From positions 1 to 64,000 of the IMG/VR virus record IMGVR_UViG_3300049892_000014: a DNA stretch of 64,000 nt. One strand, 5' to 3'. The stretch comes from a virus. Taxonomy: Duplodnaviria; Caudoviricetes. The translations under genes and the position numbers were made by a program. Below are positions 45,439 to 54,404 of this stretch, piece by piece. The notes under the pieces were generated by a model, which saw nothing but the letters and a program-made list of their open reading frames with translations, searched no databases and was not told the origin of the DNA. Position 1 is the first letter of the stretch, and each line of letters opens with the position of its first letter.

Positions 45439-47411
45439 AACTCCTTAAATGACGAGATAGCTTCTTCTGGAAGTTGCTTCTTATATTTCAGAACAATCTT
45501 CCTTCCTAAAGCAGCGGCCTTTGGAGTAAGCCTGCCCTGTTGGGCTAAGTTTACACCTAACCTGGTATCGAATTTATTAAACCCTATACCGTCCACAGCT
45601 CTAGCTCCATCACAAAGGCCAGCTATCATCTTTAATGCTAGGTGAATATCATCTATCTGCCTAGAGGTTAGCTTTTGAGAATCAAGGGTTAATTGATCTG
45701 GAGAGACTGATTCCGTAGCAACTGGCTCGGCGTAGTTTGCGCTTAATTCCTCTAACTTTAACGCCTGTCCTACGGCCAATCCCTTATCCAATGCCTTATC
45801 GGCTACGTTCTGCTTTGTCACTGTACGTTTTGCCATCATAGAGTCTATGCTACCCTCTAATACATAATGCTGACACAGAACGCTAGACAACTGGCCGTAT
45901 CTGTGTAGTCTATCTTCGCATTGAGTGATCCATGCCGGAACCCAATCTTCTTCAGCGAAGACTGCATGACTACAAACTAGCTGAAGCTTATTTAATCCTA
46001 TACCAGCGGCTTTAATAGATCCAAGAAAAACACGACAGTTTGGATCTTCTACAAACTTCACCACCGCATCATTCTTCTCGTCTACATCTTGCTCTCCCGT
46101 TAGCCTAACGCACATACCAGGAAACTGTTCATAGAGTCCGTTAATCATATCGTGGTGGTGAGCGAAGACTACTATCTTTTTATCTGTCCCCTCAAGCATC
46201 TCACGGAGATGATTGGCTAAGATTGGGAGTTTAAGAATAGCGGTATCATGCCTAACCTTTGCCATTTCCTTAAATGCAATAGCCTGTGAATCTTTAAGCC
46301 TGCTAATAGCATTATGATAATCCTGCTGATTATCGGAAAGCTTAGCTAGTTCAGCCGCCGCTCTTAATTGACTAATATTCTCCATGCAGTTTTCATAGAA
46401 CTGTCTCTCTTTTAAGATACCTGCTAGAGTTTCGTCTTGAGCGGGGATCTCAATAACCTGTCTTATCTTAGGTGGTAGATCTGTTAAAACCTCAGCTTTT
46501 GTTCTCCTAATCATCACAGTAGATCGAAGTTTCTGCTGTAGTTCTTTAAGATTACTATGACCGGTAAAATCCCAGCCAAACCTACCCTTCTTGCCAGCGG
46601 CATATCTTAAGCCAAACTTAAAGAAGTTATCGTAATTAGCAGGATCTAACCAATTTAAGATAGGAAACAATTCTATAGTTCTGTTAAGAATCGGAGTACC
46701 AGTGAGAGCTATCATACGATCAGCCCTTAGTGGATCTAAGATCCAAACATTCCTAGCCTTCTTACCTACTACCTGGGTAGTTCTCTGCGCTTTAGGATTT
46801 TTACAGAAATGACTTTCATCTACGATAACTAGATCCCAATGCCTTTTGCGTACATCTGTAGCAAACTTTTTAAGTATGTCATAGTTGATGATGACAATGT
46901 CATCAGCCGGAAAGCTCTTAGCGCCAATTCCTACGGATAGTTTTCTGGTTAGCCAGTCGTTTAATTCATTTCTCCAGTTAATCTTAAGAGAGTTTGGGCA
47001 TATGATAAGAACTGATTTAATCTCAGGACAGTAGTTAATCACACCAATAGTCTGAGGAGTCTTACCTAATCCCATATCATCGGCTAATAAAGCATGTTTG
47101 TGCTTTAATAGAAAATCTATACCAGCCAACTGAAATGGCCTAAACTCTTTGCCTTCTGGAGTGGGTACGGATATATTACATCCCCTAGACTTACTAGCCT
47201 CTATTGTGGTATCGTATTGCGTAGACAATGCCTCCAACTCAGCCCTGCAACTACTATCAGCATATCCATATAACTTAGCGGCAATGTGTACGTCCTTGGT
47301 ATACCAATGCCTCTTAAGTACATCCCACTTAAATCCAGCCTTCTTAGGCAGATCTTTTTCCTCATATCTAGTGAGAGCTACAAAGGCATCGCCTTCTTTT
47401 TGTAACAGCAT
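45435..47411 (-). CDS. SNF2-family (SMARCAL1/HARP-like) helicase
   Basis: ADDMGLGKT, DESH, LTGTP, RRTK..VL.DLPPK, QCEDRLHR.GQ. Confidence 0.92.
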   Translation of the reverse strand: MLLQKEGDAFVALTRYEEKDLPKKAGFKWDVLKRHWYTKDVHIAAKLYGYADSSCRAELEALSTQYDTTIEASKSRGCNISVPTPEGKEFRPFQLAGIDFLLKHKHALLADDMGLGKTPQTIGVINYCPEIKSVLIICPNSLKINWRNELNDWLTRKLSVGIGAKSFPADDIVIINYDILKKFATDVRKRHWDLVIVDESHFCKNPKAQRTTQVVGKKARNVWILDPLRADRMIALTGTPILNRTIELFPILNWLDPANYDNFFKFGLRYAAGKKGRFGWDFTGHSNLKELQQKLRSTVMIRRTKAEVLTDLPPKIRQVIEIPAQDETLAGILKERQFYENCMENISQLRAAAELAKLSDNQQDYHNAISRLKDSQAIAFKEMAKVRHDTAILKLPILANHLREMLEGTDKKIVVFAHHHDMINGLYEQFPGMCVRLTGEQDVDEKNDAVVKFVEDPNCRVFLGSIKAAGIGLNKLQLVCSHAVFAEEDWVPAWITQCEDRLHRYGQLSSVLCQHYVLEGSIDSMMAKRTVTKQNVADKALDKGLAVGQALKLEELSANYAEPVATESVSPDQLTLDSQKLTSRQIDDIHLALKMIAGLCDGARAVDGIGFNKFDTRLGVNLAQQGRLTPKAAALGRKIVLKYKKQLPEEAISSFKEL

Positions 47412-47421
47412 GAATACTCCT

Positions 47422-47997
47422 TTAGAAGTCTAAATTCTTGTCTAGAAATTCCCTAGCTTCTTTGCCAAGTATCTCCTGCGACAGATAAGAGGTTGTTGAT
47501 GCTATAGACTTATGCCCAAGAAACGAAGAAGCTACCTGGATAGAAGTCGCTGAAGCTAATAGCATCGCCACAGACCTACGAAGTGTATGCGTTGAAGCGG
47601 CAGAACTATCCGTACCTTGTGGCATTAGTTTACTTAGTATGTACTTAAATAATTCATGACAATAGGTTCGTCCAATGGGCTTAGATGGATCTAGACCTGG
47701 AAAGAGATACTTACTTGTACCAACAACCGTAGGTAGGTATTTAATAATCCTCTCCCTAGTTGTATCGTTAATAGACCTCTCTACATACGATCCAGTCTTT
47801 TTCATCTTCCTTCTAATCGACGTGTAGACATTCCCATTCCGATCTACAACGTCCTCTATGAGCAGAGATTTCGCATCGCTAACCCTAAGACCGGTATTGC
47901 CCATAATCCTTAGCAGGACTTCGTCTCTTATAGACCTAGATCCAGCTATATCATACATCTTCTTAATCTGTGCTGCATCTAAAAATATCTTAGACAT
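47422..47997 (-). CDS. Tyrosine recombinase (catalytic domain only)
   Basis: TGLRVSD, K, HTLRRS, LGHKSIASTTSY catalytic residues in 191 aa. Confidence 0.88.
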   Translation of the reverse strand: MSKIFLDAAQIKKMYDIAGSRSIRDEVLLRIMGNTGLRVSDAKSLLIEDVVDRNGNVYTSIRRKMKKTGSYVERSINDTTRERIIKYLPTVVGTSKYLFPGLDPSKPIGRTYCHELFKYILSKLMPQGTDSSAASTHTLRRSVAMLLASATSIQVASSFLGHKSIASTTSYLSQEILGKEAREFLDKNLDF

Positions 47998-48400
47998 ATC
48001 TTGGCCCTCTCAATCTTGCTAATAAAGATAATCTGTCTAATTCATCACTAGAACAATTGTATACATATTTAGTTATTTCTATCCTCTGCTCTACAGTTGG
48101 GTGATACCCTTCGTTAAACAAGACATGTCCAGCTTCCTGCATAATTATACATGGCAGAAATGGAGTTCTAGCCTGATACGGATGGTTAATGCTTTTACCC
48201 CTAGTGACAAACTGGAAAACCATATCACGATCCTTGTCTACTACGGCTCTGTAATATATATAACTCTTCTTTCCATTGTCTGTCAGAGTCATCCTGCGAA
48301 TACAAGAGTTTCCCTTAAATTCTGGATGATTATTTTCTGGGTTGACAATAATATCATTTATGGAATATAGCTCAGCCCTTGCTTTACGTTTTTTAACCAT
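47990..48400 (-). CDS. Hypothetical protein, C-terminal-tag family
   Basis: Ends CSSDELDRLSLLARLRG. Confidence 0.6.
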   Translation of the reverse strand: MVKKRKARAELYSINDIIVNPENNHPEFKGNSCIRRMTLTDNGKKSYIYYRAVVDKDRDMVFQFVTRGKSINHPYQARTPFLPCIIMQEAGHVLFNEGYHPTVEQRIEITKYVYNCSSDELDRLSLLARLRGPRYV

Positions 48401-48401
48401 G

Positions 48402-48677
48402 TTATTTCACTCCAAAAGTTGACAGTAATCCACGACTAATCTTTTTTCTCCTAACTTTTTTCCCATCCATGGATACAGCTACACTTCTTGCTATTGCCAT
48501 TCTGTAGACAGATTCTATAGAGATAACAATCTCATCTTTGCCACGTTGCTTAAATGCAATATATCCATCAGGTAGGATAGTCATAATGCCATAGTCCGAT
48601 TTCCTGGGTTCTATGCGATTATCCATACTTAGATTAACTCTACGCTTAATCTCTTTTCCATCTTTAAGATTGATCAC
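48402..48677 (-). CDS. Basic hypothetical protein
   Basis: ORF in operon. Confidence 0.6.
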   Translation of the reverse strand: MINLKDGKEIKRRVNLSMDNRIEPRKSDYGIMTILPDGYIAFKQRGKDEIVISIESVYRMAIARSVAVSMDGKKVRRKKISRGLLSTFGVK

Positions 48678-49032
48678 GTTTACCCTCCAAGGTATACATC
48701 ATCCATGCTAGTTCCGCTTCTCTACTACACATATTAGCCTCTAAGGCACCTGTATAGCATAGAAAATCAACACACTTATACCATTCAGGATGAGTACGAC
48801 CTTCAGGATACTTAAACACAGTCTTCCAAACATAGAAATAAAAATCCATAGGCCATGTTTTACTAATCACCTTCCATCCTCCATTTTCACCTGGCCTATA
48901 GAAAACAATATCATCAACTTTAGTCTTCCAGTCTTGCGTTCTAATGTACCATCGCTTTTCGCCATTAAGCTCGCAAAGCGTAGGGGGAGTTTCGATAAAT
49001 TTACCACGCAATAGTTTTTTAGCAGCAGCCAT
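48664..49032 (-). CDS. Hypothetical protein, C-terminal-tag family (variant)
   Basis: Ends CSREAELAWMMYTLEG. Confidence 0.6.
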   Translation of the reverse strand: MAAAKKLLRGKFIETPPTLCELNGEKRWYIRTQDWKTKVDDIVFYRPGENGGWKVISKTWPMDFYFYVWKTVFKYPEGRTHPEWYKCVDFLCYTGALEANMCSREAELAWMMYTLEGKRDQS

Positions 49033-49857
49033 TTATACCTCCACTAGGTTAAAGGAACTACGATATAATTTCATATCCTTCACGTCCAAAAACTTACTAA
49101 ATATCTCAGGTTCATACAGCGATATTTTGAAATCAGAGCTACATAAATACTTGTAGAAATTAGCTCCAAAGGCTATGTTTTCAGTGGTTCCAATATCATT
49201 CAAGGCCTCTGTTAAAGCCTGATAATCTACCGGCTTGTACTTCGCTCTCCCTGCGGCTTCATACGGAAGCAGGACAAAATATTTTATTCTTTCTTTGTAT
49301 GTTGTGTAGATAGACTTGAATCGTTCCACACTCTCCGAATCGCTTATGATGATATGCAGATTAGTCTGTACTTTATCATGTAGTAGATCTACCGCATTCA
49401 TCCAGTAATCAGCCAAATGAGGATGGCAACTAATAGCCACTCCACCGCATAGCTTGGCTGTATGATTTACAATCTCTTGCGTCAACCCCATCCCATTAGT
49501 TGTGTAGTTTGGGAGAATGCCATAAAAACTAAACAGTCTCAGTATTTCGTTAAAATCTGGATGCTCGTTAGGATTTCCTCCACCAATAGCTACCTGGAAC
49601 GGTCGTTGGTTGTAGGTTAATCCAAAAAAGTAACTGTCGAGTTTCTCCAGAGCATTCCTATATCCATCGCATTCGTTTCCGCTATCCTGGTAGCAATACA
49701 AGCAATTACCACGACAAGCATTAGTAATCTTCACGTCCATAAACTCAGGATATTTTAGATCAGTAATAGGTAGAGATGGATCTAGCTTTATCCGTAATGT
49801 TTTTCCACCGATAAAGAAAGATTTATAGTTATGCTCTGGAAATACTCGACTTTTCAT
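49033..49857 (-). CDS. Radical SAM protein
   Basis: ITNACRGNCLYCYQ, AIGGGNP..HPDF, NYTTNG. Confidence 0.9.
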   Translation of the reverse strand: MKSRVFPEHNYKSFFIGGKTLRIKLDPSLPITDLKYPEFMDVKITNACRGNCLYCYQDSGNECDGYRNALEKLDSYFFGLTYNQRPFQVAIGGGNPNEHPDFNEILRLFSFYGILPNYTTNGMGLTQEIVNHTAKLCGGVAISCHPHLADYWMNAVDLLHDKVQTNLHIIISDSESVERFKSIYTTYKERIKYFVLLPYEAAGRAKYKPVDYQALTEALNDIGTTENIAFGANFYKYLCSSDFKISLYEPEIFSKFLDVKDMKLYRSSFNLVEV

Positions 49858-50318
49858 TAGTTGTTTACCTCCACGGATTCAAACACATTTCTAATTAAGC
49901 TAGCTAAGCCAGAAGGAGTTCCATCTAGGGCAACTATCTCTATATCCCTAGCTAAGCCAGGATTACCTTCATACTTGTGATAATCATCAACAAAGTTCTC
50001 GAATAACTTTAAGGCTTTTTCCTTGTTTTCAGTAAGCCATACCGAAGCCTTCATTGGGTTCAGGTCGCTATTCGACTCCATAAATTCAGGATGCTCACTT
50101 TCAAGCCACCAGGAAAAATCATTCCACGCCTCATCGCTAGGTACTTCGGCTATGGTGTATAAATCATTAAAGGTCTTATCTGATCCAGCTGCCTTCAAGA
50201 CCTCATTCACGATTTTAACCACCATATTCTTAGCATCTGATGATGGAAACGTATAAATCTCAGTCGAACTATTGGTAATAATATCAATAATTGACTGAGG
50301 ATGTATCCTTATCTTCAT
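49857..50318 (-). CDS. 'TNSS'-motif protein coupled to the radical SAM gene
   Basis: MKIRIHPQSIIDIITNSSTEIY N-terminus; TAATG overlap with the rSAM gene. Confidence 0.65.
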   Translation of the reverse strand: MKIRIHPQSIIDIITNSSTEIYTFPSSDAKNMVVKIVNEVLKAAGSDKTFNDLYTIAEVPSDEAWNDFSWWLESEHPEFMESNSDLNPMKASVWLTENKEKALKLFENFVDDYHKYEGNPGLARDIEIVALDGTPSGLASLIRNVFESVEVNN

Positions 50319-50339
50319 AGACTTCCTCCTTCTTTATGG

Positions 50340-50450
50340 TTATACTAACTTACTAAGACATATCTGTATCCAGATAGGCCACTGCGGCCAGGTTGTCTTA
50401 GTCACTCTTTCTACTATCCTTATGGTACCGAGAACTATTTTACTAATCAT
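50340..50450 (-). CDS. 36-aa Trp-rich peptide (not in ORF track)
   Basis: MISKIVLGTIRIVERVTKTTWPQWPIWIQICLSKLV; AGGTGA SD. Confidence 0.45.
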   Translation of the reverse strand: MISKIVLGTIRIVERVTKTTWPQWPIWIQICLSKLV

Positions 50451-50464
50451 ATGTCACCTAACTA

Positions 50465-50602
50465 ATTGCTCGCATAGCCAATGTCGGGATTTAAACCCGA
50501 TCCCTTGACCTACACCACATAGCAGGAGTCAAACCGTCTTAGGGTAGAGCTATGTTTCGGATGCTATCACGGCTAGCACGGCGCATTGGCTATGCGAACA
50601 AT
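50465..50602 (-). ncRNA. tRNA-like structured non-coding RNA
   Basis: 19-bp terminal inverted repeat, T-arm-like TCGGG-TTTAAAT-CCCGA stacked on a GCCAATG/CATTGGC stem, internal hairpins, own promoter. Confidence 0.6.
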
Positions 50603-50628
50603 ATAACCTATTGTTCACAGATTGTCAA
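50600..50628 (-). promoter_or_regulatory. Sigma70-type promoter TTGACA-N17-TATATT overlapped by palindrome GAACAATA-N5-TATTGTTC
   Basis: -35 at 50628-50623, -10 at 50605-50600. Confidence 0.75.
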
Positions 50629-50646
50629 GATCTTTCCGATGCTAGA

Positions 50647-50949
50647 TTATTTCATACCTTCAAGGAGACATTCTAACTTTAGCATATCAAAATCATCCGG
50701 TGGAAGTTCCTCAAAATAAGTAGATAGCTTAGTCTGCCCGATGATATTAGGATGTTGGGACAGCCCTAATTTTTTACATATCCTACTCCATACACAGGGA
50801 GATAAAGTAAGAGTAGTTCCACGTAAAACATTACGCTCCATCATCTCTACGTTTTTAACAGGTCTACTTCTTTGCATATAGTCTACGTTGATCCAGAACA
50901 TATACTTGCATCTCCTGGCACGTATCACTCTCTCGTATCTTGTACTCAT
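50647..50949 (-). CDS. Hypothetical protein, C-terminal-tag family
   Basis: Ends LPPDDFDMLKLECLLEG. Confidence 0.65.
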   Translation of the reverse strand: MSTRYERVIRARRCKYMFWINVDYMQRSRPVKNVEMMERNVLRGTTLTLSPCVWSRICKKLGLSQHPNIIGQTKLSTYFEELPPDDFDMLKLECLLEGMK

Positions 50950-50950
50950 G

Positions 50951-51241
50951 TTAATCTCCTTGTAGAATTTCTTGTAGGTGAAACGCTTCCCATTCAGCCT
51001 TAGTGAAATTGACCAATATCTTTAACCATTTCTTTCTTCTTCGGCTATCATATTGAGTGTTGATCTCAAATGTTTGATAAGATATTGGGTATCCTAGTTG
51101 TTTTTTAGCACCCTTAGACCTAACTATCCATTCGGTTTTCCAGTCGGGCCAATCACCATCTTTCGGATAAGACCAGCTAGATTCATCTACCTGCTTTACA
51201 AACTCATAGAAGTTATGGTTTCTACGATTCTTCCTTTTCAA
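50951..51241 (-). CDS. Hypothetical protein, C-terminal-tag family
   Basis: Ends FTKAEWEAFHLQEILQG. Confidence 0.65.
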   Translation of the reverse strand: MKRKNRRNHNFYEFVKQVDESSWSYPKDGDWPDWKTEWIVRSKGAKKQLGYPISYQTFEINTQYDSRRRKKWLKILVNFTKAEWEAFHLQEILQGD

Positions 51242-51686
51242 GGGAATCCTTTCTCATGACGTATGTTGTAAACTGTTTATTAGTAATCAGAATAGGTAGC
51301 GGTAGAGCAATCAAACCCTGCCAAGTTCCAGAGGAAGTATAGCCATTAAGATTAGCTTTGTCATTCCTAACTGTAATATAGGCAGTTCCCTGCTCGTCAA
51401 GACGTTGATTGATAAACTGAAGAATCTCCTCACGCTTCGCCGGTTCAGATAATGTATTTAATACATAGGTACATAAAATCGTCTGATAATTCCACGCTAG
51501 CCATGTTCTATTCTTATGGTATTGGTCATAACCTTCTATATCTAATAGCTTCGCATCTGTACCATAACCACATCCATAGTCAAGAGCTGGTTTAAGAATA
51601 AGTCCCCTATCATTCAACATCCTTGCTGGTACGCTTAGCTTCCTTCTTTTAATCGCTGTCTTGTGTGTATTATCTGGTGACTCCAT
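51222..51686 (-). CDS. Class I SAM-dependent methyltransferase
   Basis: LDYGCGYG motif I; YVLN; YITVR. Confidence 0.85.
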   Translation of the reverse strand: MESPDNTHKTAIKRRKLSVPARMLNDRGLILKPALDYGCGYGTDAKLLDIEGYDQYHKNRTWLAWNYQTILCTYVLNTLSEPAKREEILQFINQRLDEQGTAYITVRNDKANLNGYTSSGTWQGLIALPLPILITNKQFTTYVMRKDSLEKEES

Positions 51687-51906
51687 GATTCCTCCAATCT
51701 AAAATACCAAACATATGGATAGCTTCCCATTGTTCGGGTGTTAATGTAGATAGAAACTCGTGGGTTCCGTCAATATCATTCTCATCACGGATGGCCCAAT
51801 AATGAGCAGATAGTATTGGTTGTCCTATCTTTTTTCCAGAGACAGATAATTGGATGAAGTATTTATCATCCATACTTACATATTCTGCACTAATCTTAGC
51901 TCCCAT
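51670..51906 (-). CDS. Hypothetical protein, C-terminal-tag family
   Basis: Ends LTPEQWEAIHMFGILDW. Confidence 0.65.
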   Translation of the reverse strand: MGAKISAEYVSMDDKYFIQLSVSGKKIGQPILSAHYWAIRDENDIDGTHEFLSTLTPEQWEAIHMFGILDWRNHGVTR

Positions 51907-52162
51907 TACCAGATCCCCTTCCCTCTATAACTTCTGTTAGATAGAATAACTCCCATTCTTCTTTAGTGAATTTCATCAGTCTTTCAGCAAACTTAGTCTC
52001 GCCTTCTGACTTTGTATAATGTCTATACGTAGACCCAGAAATAGACCTACCTATTGGTACTTGTACGTTTATCCAAGCTGAACTAGCATCTCTATATAGG
52101 TCAATGGTATCTAGTTCATTCTGCCTATATCTGAAGATAAGTCTAGTGTGATTTGTTTCCAT
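51896..52162 (-). CDS. Hypothetical protein, C-terminal-tag family
   Basis: Ends FTKEEWELFYLTEVIEG. Confidence 0.65.
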   Translation of the reverse strand: METNHTRLIFRYRQNELDTIDLYRDASSAWINVQVPIGRSISGSTYRHYTKSEGETKFAERLMKFTKEEWELFYLTEVIEGRGSGNGS

Positions 52163-52197
52163 GACGCTCTCCTAACTAATTGTGTTATAATAGCTAT

Positions 52198-52749
52198 ATG
52201 GGAAAAGATAATTGGTTAGTTAAAAAAGAGGGGCCAGAACCTTTACTGGCAAAGAAAACTAAAGCATATCCAGAATGGGAAAGGGCTAATGTATCCTATT
52301 CGCATTGGCTCAGCGGTAGAACTGCTGAAGAAATTGAGAAGTTTACAGGAGTAGCTCTAGTCGAAGTGGAAAAGGATATAGCGCATATAGAAAGTGTCCT
52401 ACCTTCTAAGACTCTCATTGCAAACAACAACACTAGACAGCGCATCTTACTACAGCGTACACAAGCTAAAGCATACGCTGATAAGTTACAAGATGCACTC
52501 ACTACTGATGTAGCAGCATATCTAAAAGCGGGATTAAACCCGACAACCCCTCTAAAAGAATATAGAGAGGCTGTCGGGATGACCGAAAAGCCTGGCGCAT
52601 TAAACATTCAAGTCAATCAGCAAACTAACGTAACTACAGGCGTTAGCAGGACTGAAGATATTATTCGCTCCGTAATGAATAAGATGCACCAGAAGGAAGA
52701 TGAGCCACCTATTATAGACGTTGAGGCAGAAGAAGCTGAAGCTGTTTAA
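52198..52749 (+). CDS. Putative terminase small subunit-like protein
   Basis: N-terminal HTH-like GRTAEEIEKFTGV; NIQVNQQTNV strand; acidic IIDVEAEE tail; TGnTATAAT upstream. Confidence 0.45.
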   Translation: MGKDNWLVKKEGPEPLLAKKTKAYPEWERANVSYSHWLSGRTAEEIEKFTGVALVEVEKDIAHIESVLPSKTLIANNNTRQRILLQRTQAKAYADKLQDALTTDVAAYLKAGLNPTTPLKEYREAVGMTEKPGALNIQVNQQTNVTTGVSRTEDIIRSVMNKMHQKEDEPPIIDVEAEEAEAV

Positions 52750-53960
52750 TCTTCTTCTACTTGAATACAACGCTTAACCCAATCAGGCGGCTGACAGTTA
52801 TAGCTGCCTACTTTAACTACAATGACTGGAAACTTGGGAATAAATTTACCCCAATCAGCATCGCAATCTGATACAATGACAAGAAAATCAGGTCTAGGCT
52901 TTAGTTGAGCCGCAGCCTCTATCCCTGGCCCCATATTTGTACCACCGCCACCAACTAAGGAAATCTGCTTCCTAGACTTAACCTTCTGAACATGACCAAC
53001 GCTAGAATCATTACTGATTACAGTAACGTCTACCGCCAGTCCCTTCAGGATGCCGTCAACCTCACCAATAGCATGGGCCAAGTCTTTATTAGACATACTT
53101 CCACTGGTATCAATCTGTACGGCAACATTAGGCTTAGGCGCACGGAGACTTGGCATGATAATCTTGCCATATATAGACTGTCTTCTGGCTGGTCTGCTAT
53201 AAGTATAGTTGACCATACCTTGAGTTTCCCCGATCATGCCACGAATACATCCATTGAGAATTGTTCTCCATGGAACTGTACTCCTTAGCATGTCGTCAGC
53301 CCATCTCTCAAAGCCTCCAGGTATAGAACCCCTGCCCTTAGACCTTGCGTAATCCTGTATATCCTTTGCCACAGTATTCTTAATTACCTCTACTTCTTTA
53401 CCTGTGACTCCCTGTACGCTACCAGTACCATCACCTTCTGGTACACTTTCATCATCGCCCTCTCCAGTAGCACATCCACCACAAGCTCCACCGCCTACTG
53501 TAGGATTAGGGATTTGCTGTTTAATCTCCTCAGCCTTATCCATTAACAGCTTGAAGTATTCCTCAGCCATTAAACCTTCGTCAAAGCCAAAGGTTTCTTT
53601 GGGATAAATAACTCCTTTGGGTAGCTTAATATCTTTAATATCATCGTTAATCTCACAGTCAGCCGCAAGATTCCAGATCATATGTTCCGCCTGGGATGAT
53701 ACGCAGGATCTTATAGGATGATCTCTAAGTAAGTGCATGACCTCATGTACCATAACAGATGCTATCTCGTTAATACTCCATTGGTCAAATATACCAGAGT
53801 TATAAATCATCCTCCATCTCTTATCCACTCCCATCGTAACTTGTCCCGCAGTCCTACTGAGATCATCCGTCTCAATAGGAATAAGCGCAAACAATCCTGA
53901 TGAAAAGTAGGGAAAGAGATACGCTGCCCTAAGTCTTGCGGCGCATATTCTTTCGTCCAT
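52746..53960 (-). CDS. Metallopeptidase + VWA domain protein (DUF2201-like MoxR partner)
   Basis: HEVMH (HExxH), WNLAADCEIN, MIDAS DTSGSM, GGGGT, SD. Confidence 0.88.
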   Translation of the reverse strand: MDERICAARLRAAYLFPYFSSGLFALIPIETDDLSRTAGQVTMGVDKRWRMIYNSGIFDQWSINEIASVMVHEVMHLLRDHPIRSCVSSQAEHMIWNLAADCEINDDIKDIKLPKGVIYPKETFGFDEGLMAEEYFKLLMDKAEEIKQQIPNPTVGGGACGGCATGEGDDESVPEGDGTGSVQGVTGKEVEVIKNTVAKDIQDYARSKGRGSIPGGFERWADDMLRSTVPWRTILNGCIRGMIGETQGMVNYTYSRPARRQSIYGKIIMPSLRAPKPNVAVQIDTSGSMSNKDLAHAIGEVDGILKGLAVDVTVISNDSSVGHVQKVKSRKQISLVGGGGTNMGPGIEAAAQLKPRPDFLVIVSDCDADWGKFIPKFPVIVVKVGSYNCQPPDWVKRCIQVEED

Positions 53961-54231
53961 TGGGTTTCCCTCCTTCGTGATGTTTAATCAGCTCATAAGC
54001 CATAGTTTTATATGTTTCAGTAATACTTCGGAGAGTAGTTTTCATTCCCTCTAGTTGACTGATGACTGTTAGAGCATCCTGTTCTGGAAGAATAAATTTA
54101 GGCCTAAACCTATAGCATCCATACCCCTTGACTCTAGCAAATCCGTCATCATCTAGCTTAACCAACTCATCCCATAAAAGATATGGGAATAAGTCATATG
54201 ACCAAAAAACATATTGTTTCTCTTTCATCAT
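53929..54231 (-). CDS. Hypothetical protein
   Basis: ORF in operon. Confidence 0.6.
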   Translation of the reverse strand: MMKEKQYVFWSYDLFPYLLWDELVKLDDDGFARVKGYGCYRFRPKFILPEQDALTVISQLEGMKTTLRSITETYKTMAYELIKHHEGGKPNGRKNMRRKT

Positions 54232-54404
54232 AAATCCTCAATGTTAATTCCGTAATGCTGGAGTACAACAGCTTCCAGCTTCTCGACTTCGGTAACCCAT
54301 TCAGCAGGTGGCTCAACTCCACTTTCATCTATAGCATCCAGTAGATCATTAGCGGCCTCCAATATATCCTTGGTTGAGTCAAGTATTTCATCAGTCTTAG
54401 ACAT
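54228..54404 (-). CDS. 58-aa acidic protein (not in ORF track)
   Basis: MSKTDEILDSTKDILEAANDLLDAIDESGVEPPAEW...; overlaps its neighbours at both ends. Confidence 0.6.
   Translation of the reverse strand: MSKTDEILDSTKDILEAANDLLDAIDESGVEPPAEWVTEVEKLEAVVLQHYGINIEDL

Noticed and set aside
47422-47997. Prophage integrase with attachment site or host junction
   Set aside because: No host-like genes, att duplication or repressor cassette visible; the whole window looks phage-derived.
50465-50602. Retron msr-msd (a1/a2 inverted repeats)
   Set aside because: No reverse transcriptase nearby and no long msd hairpin; a T-arm-like element fits better.
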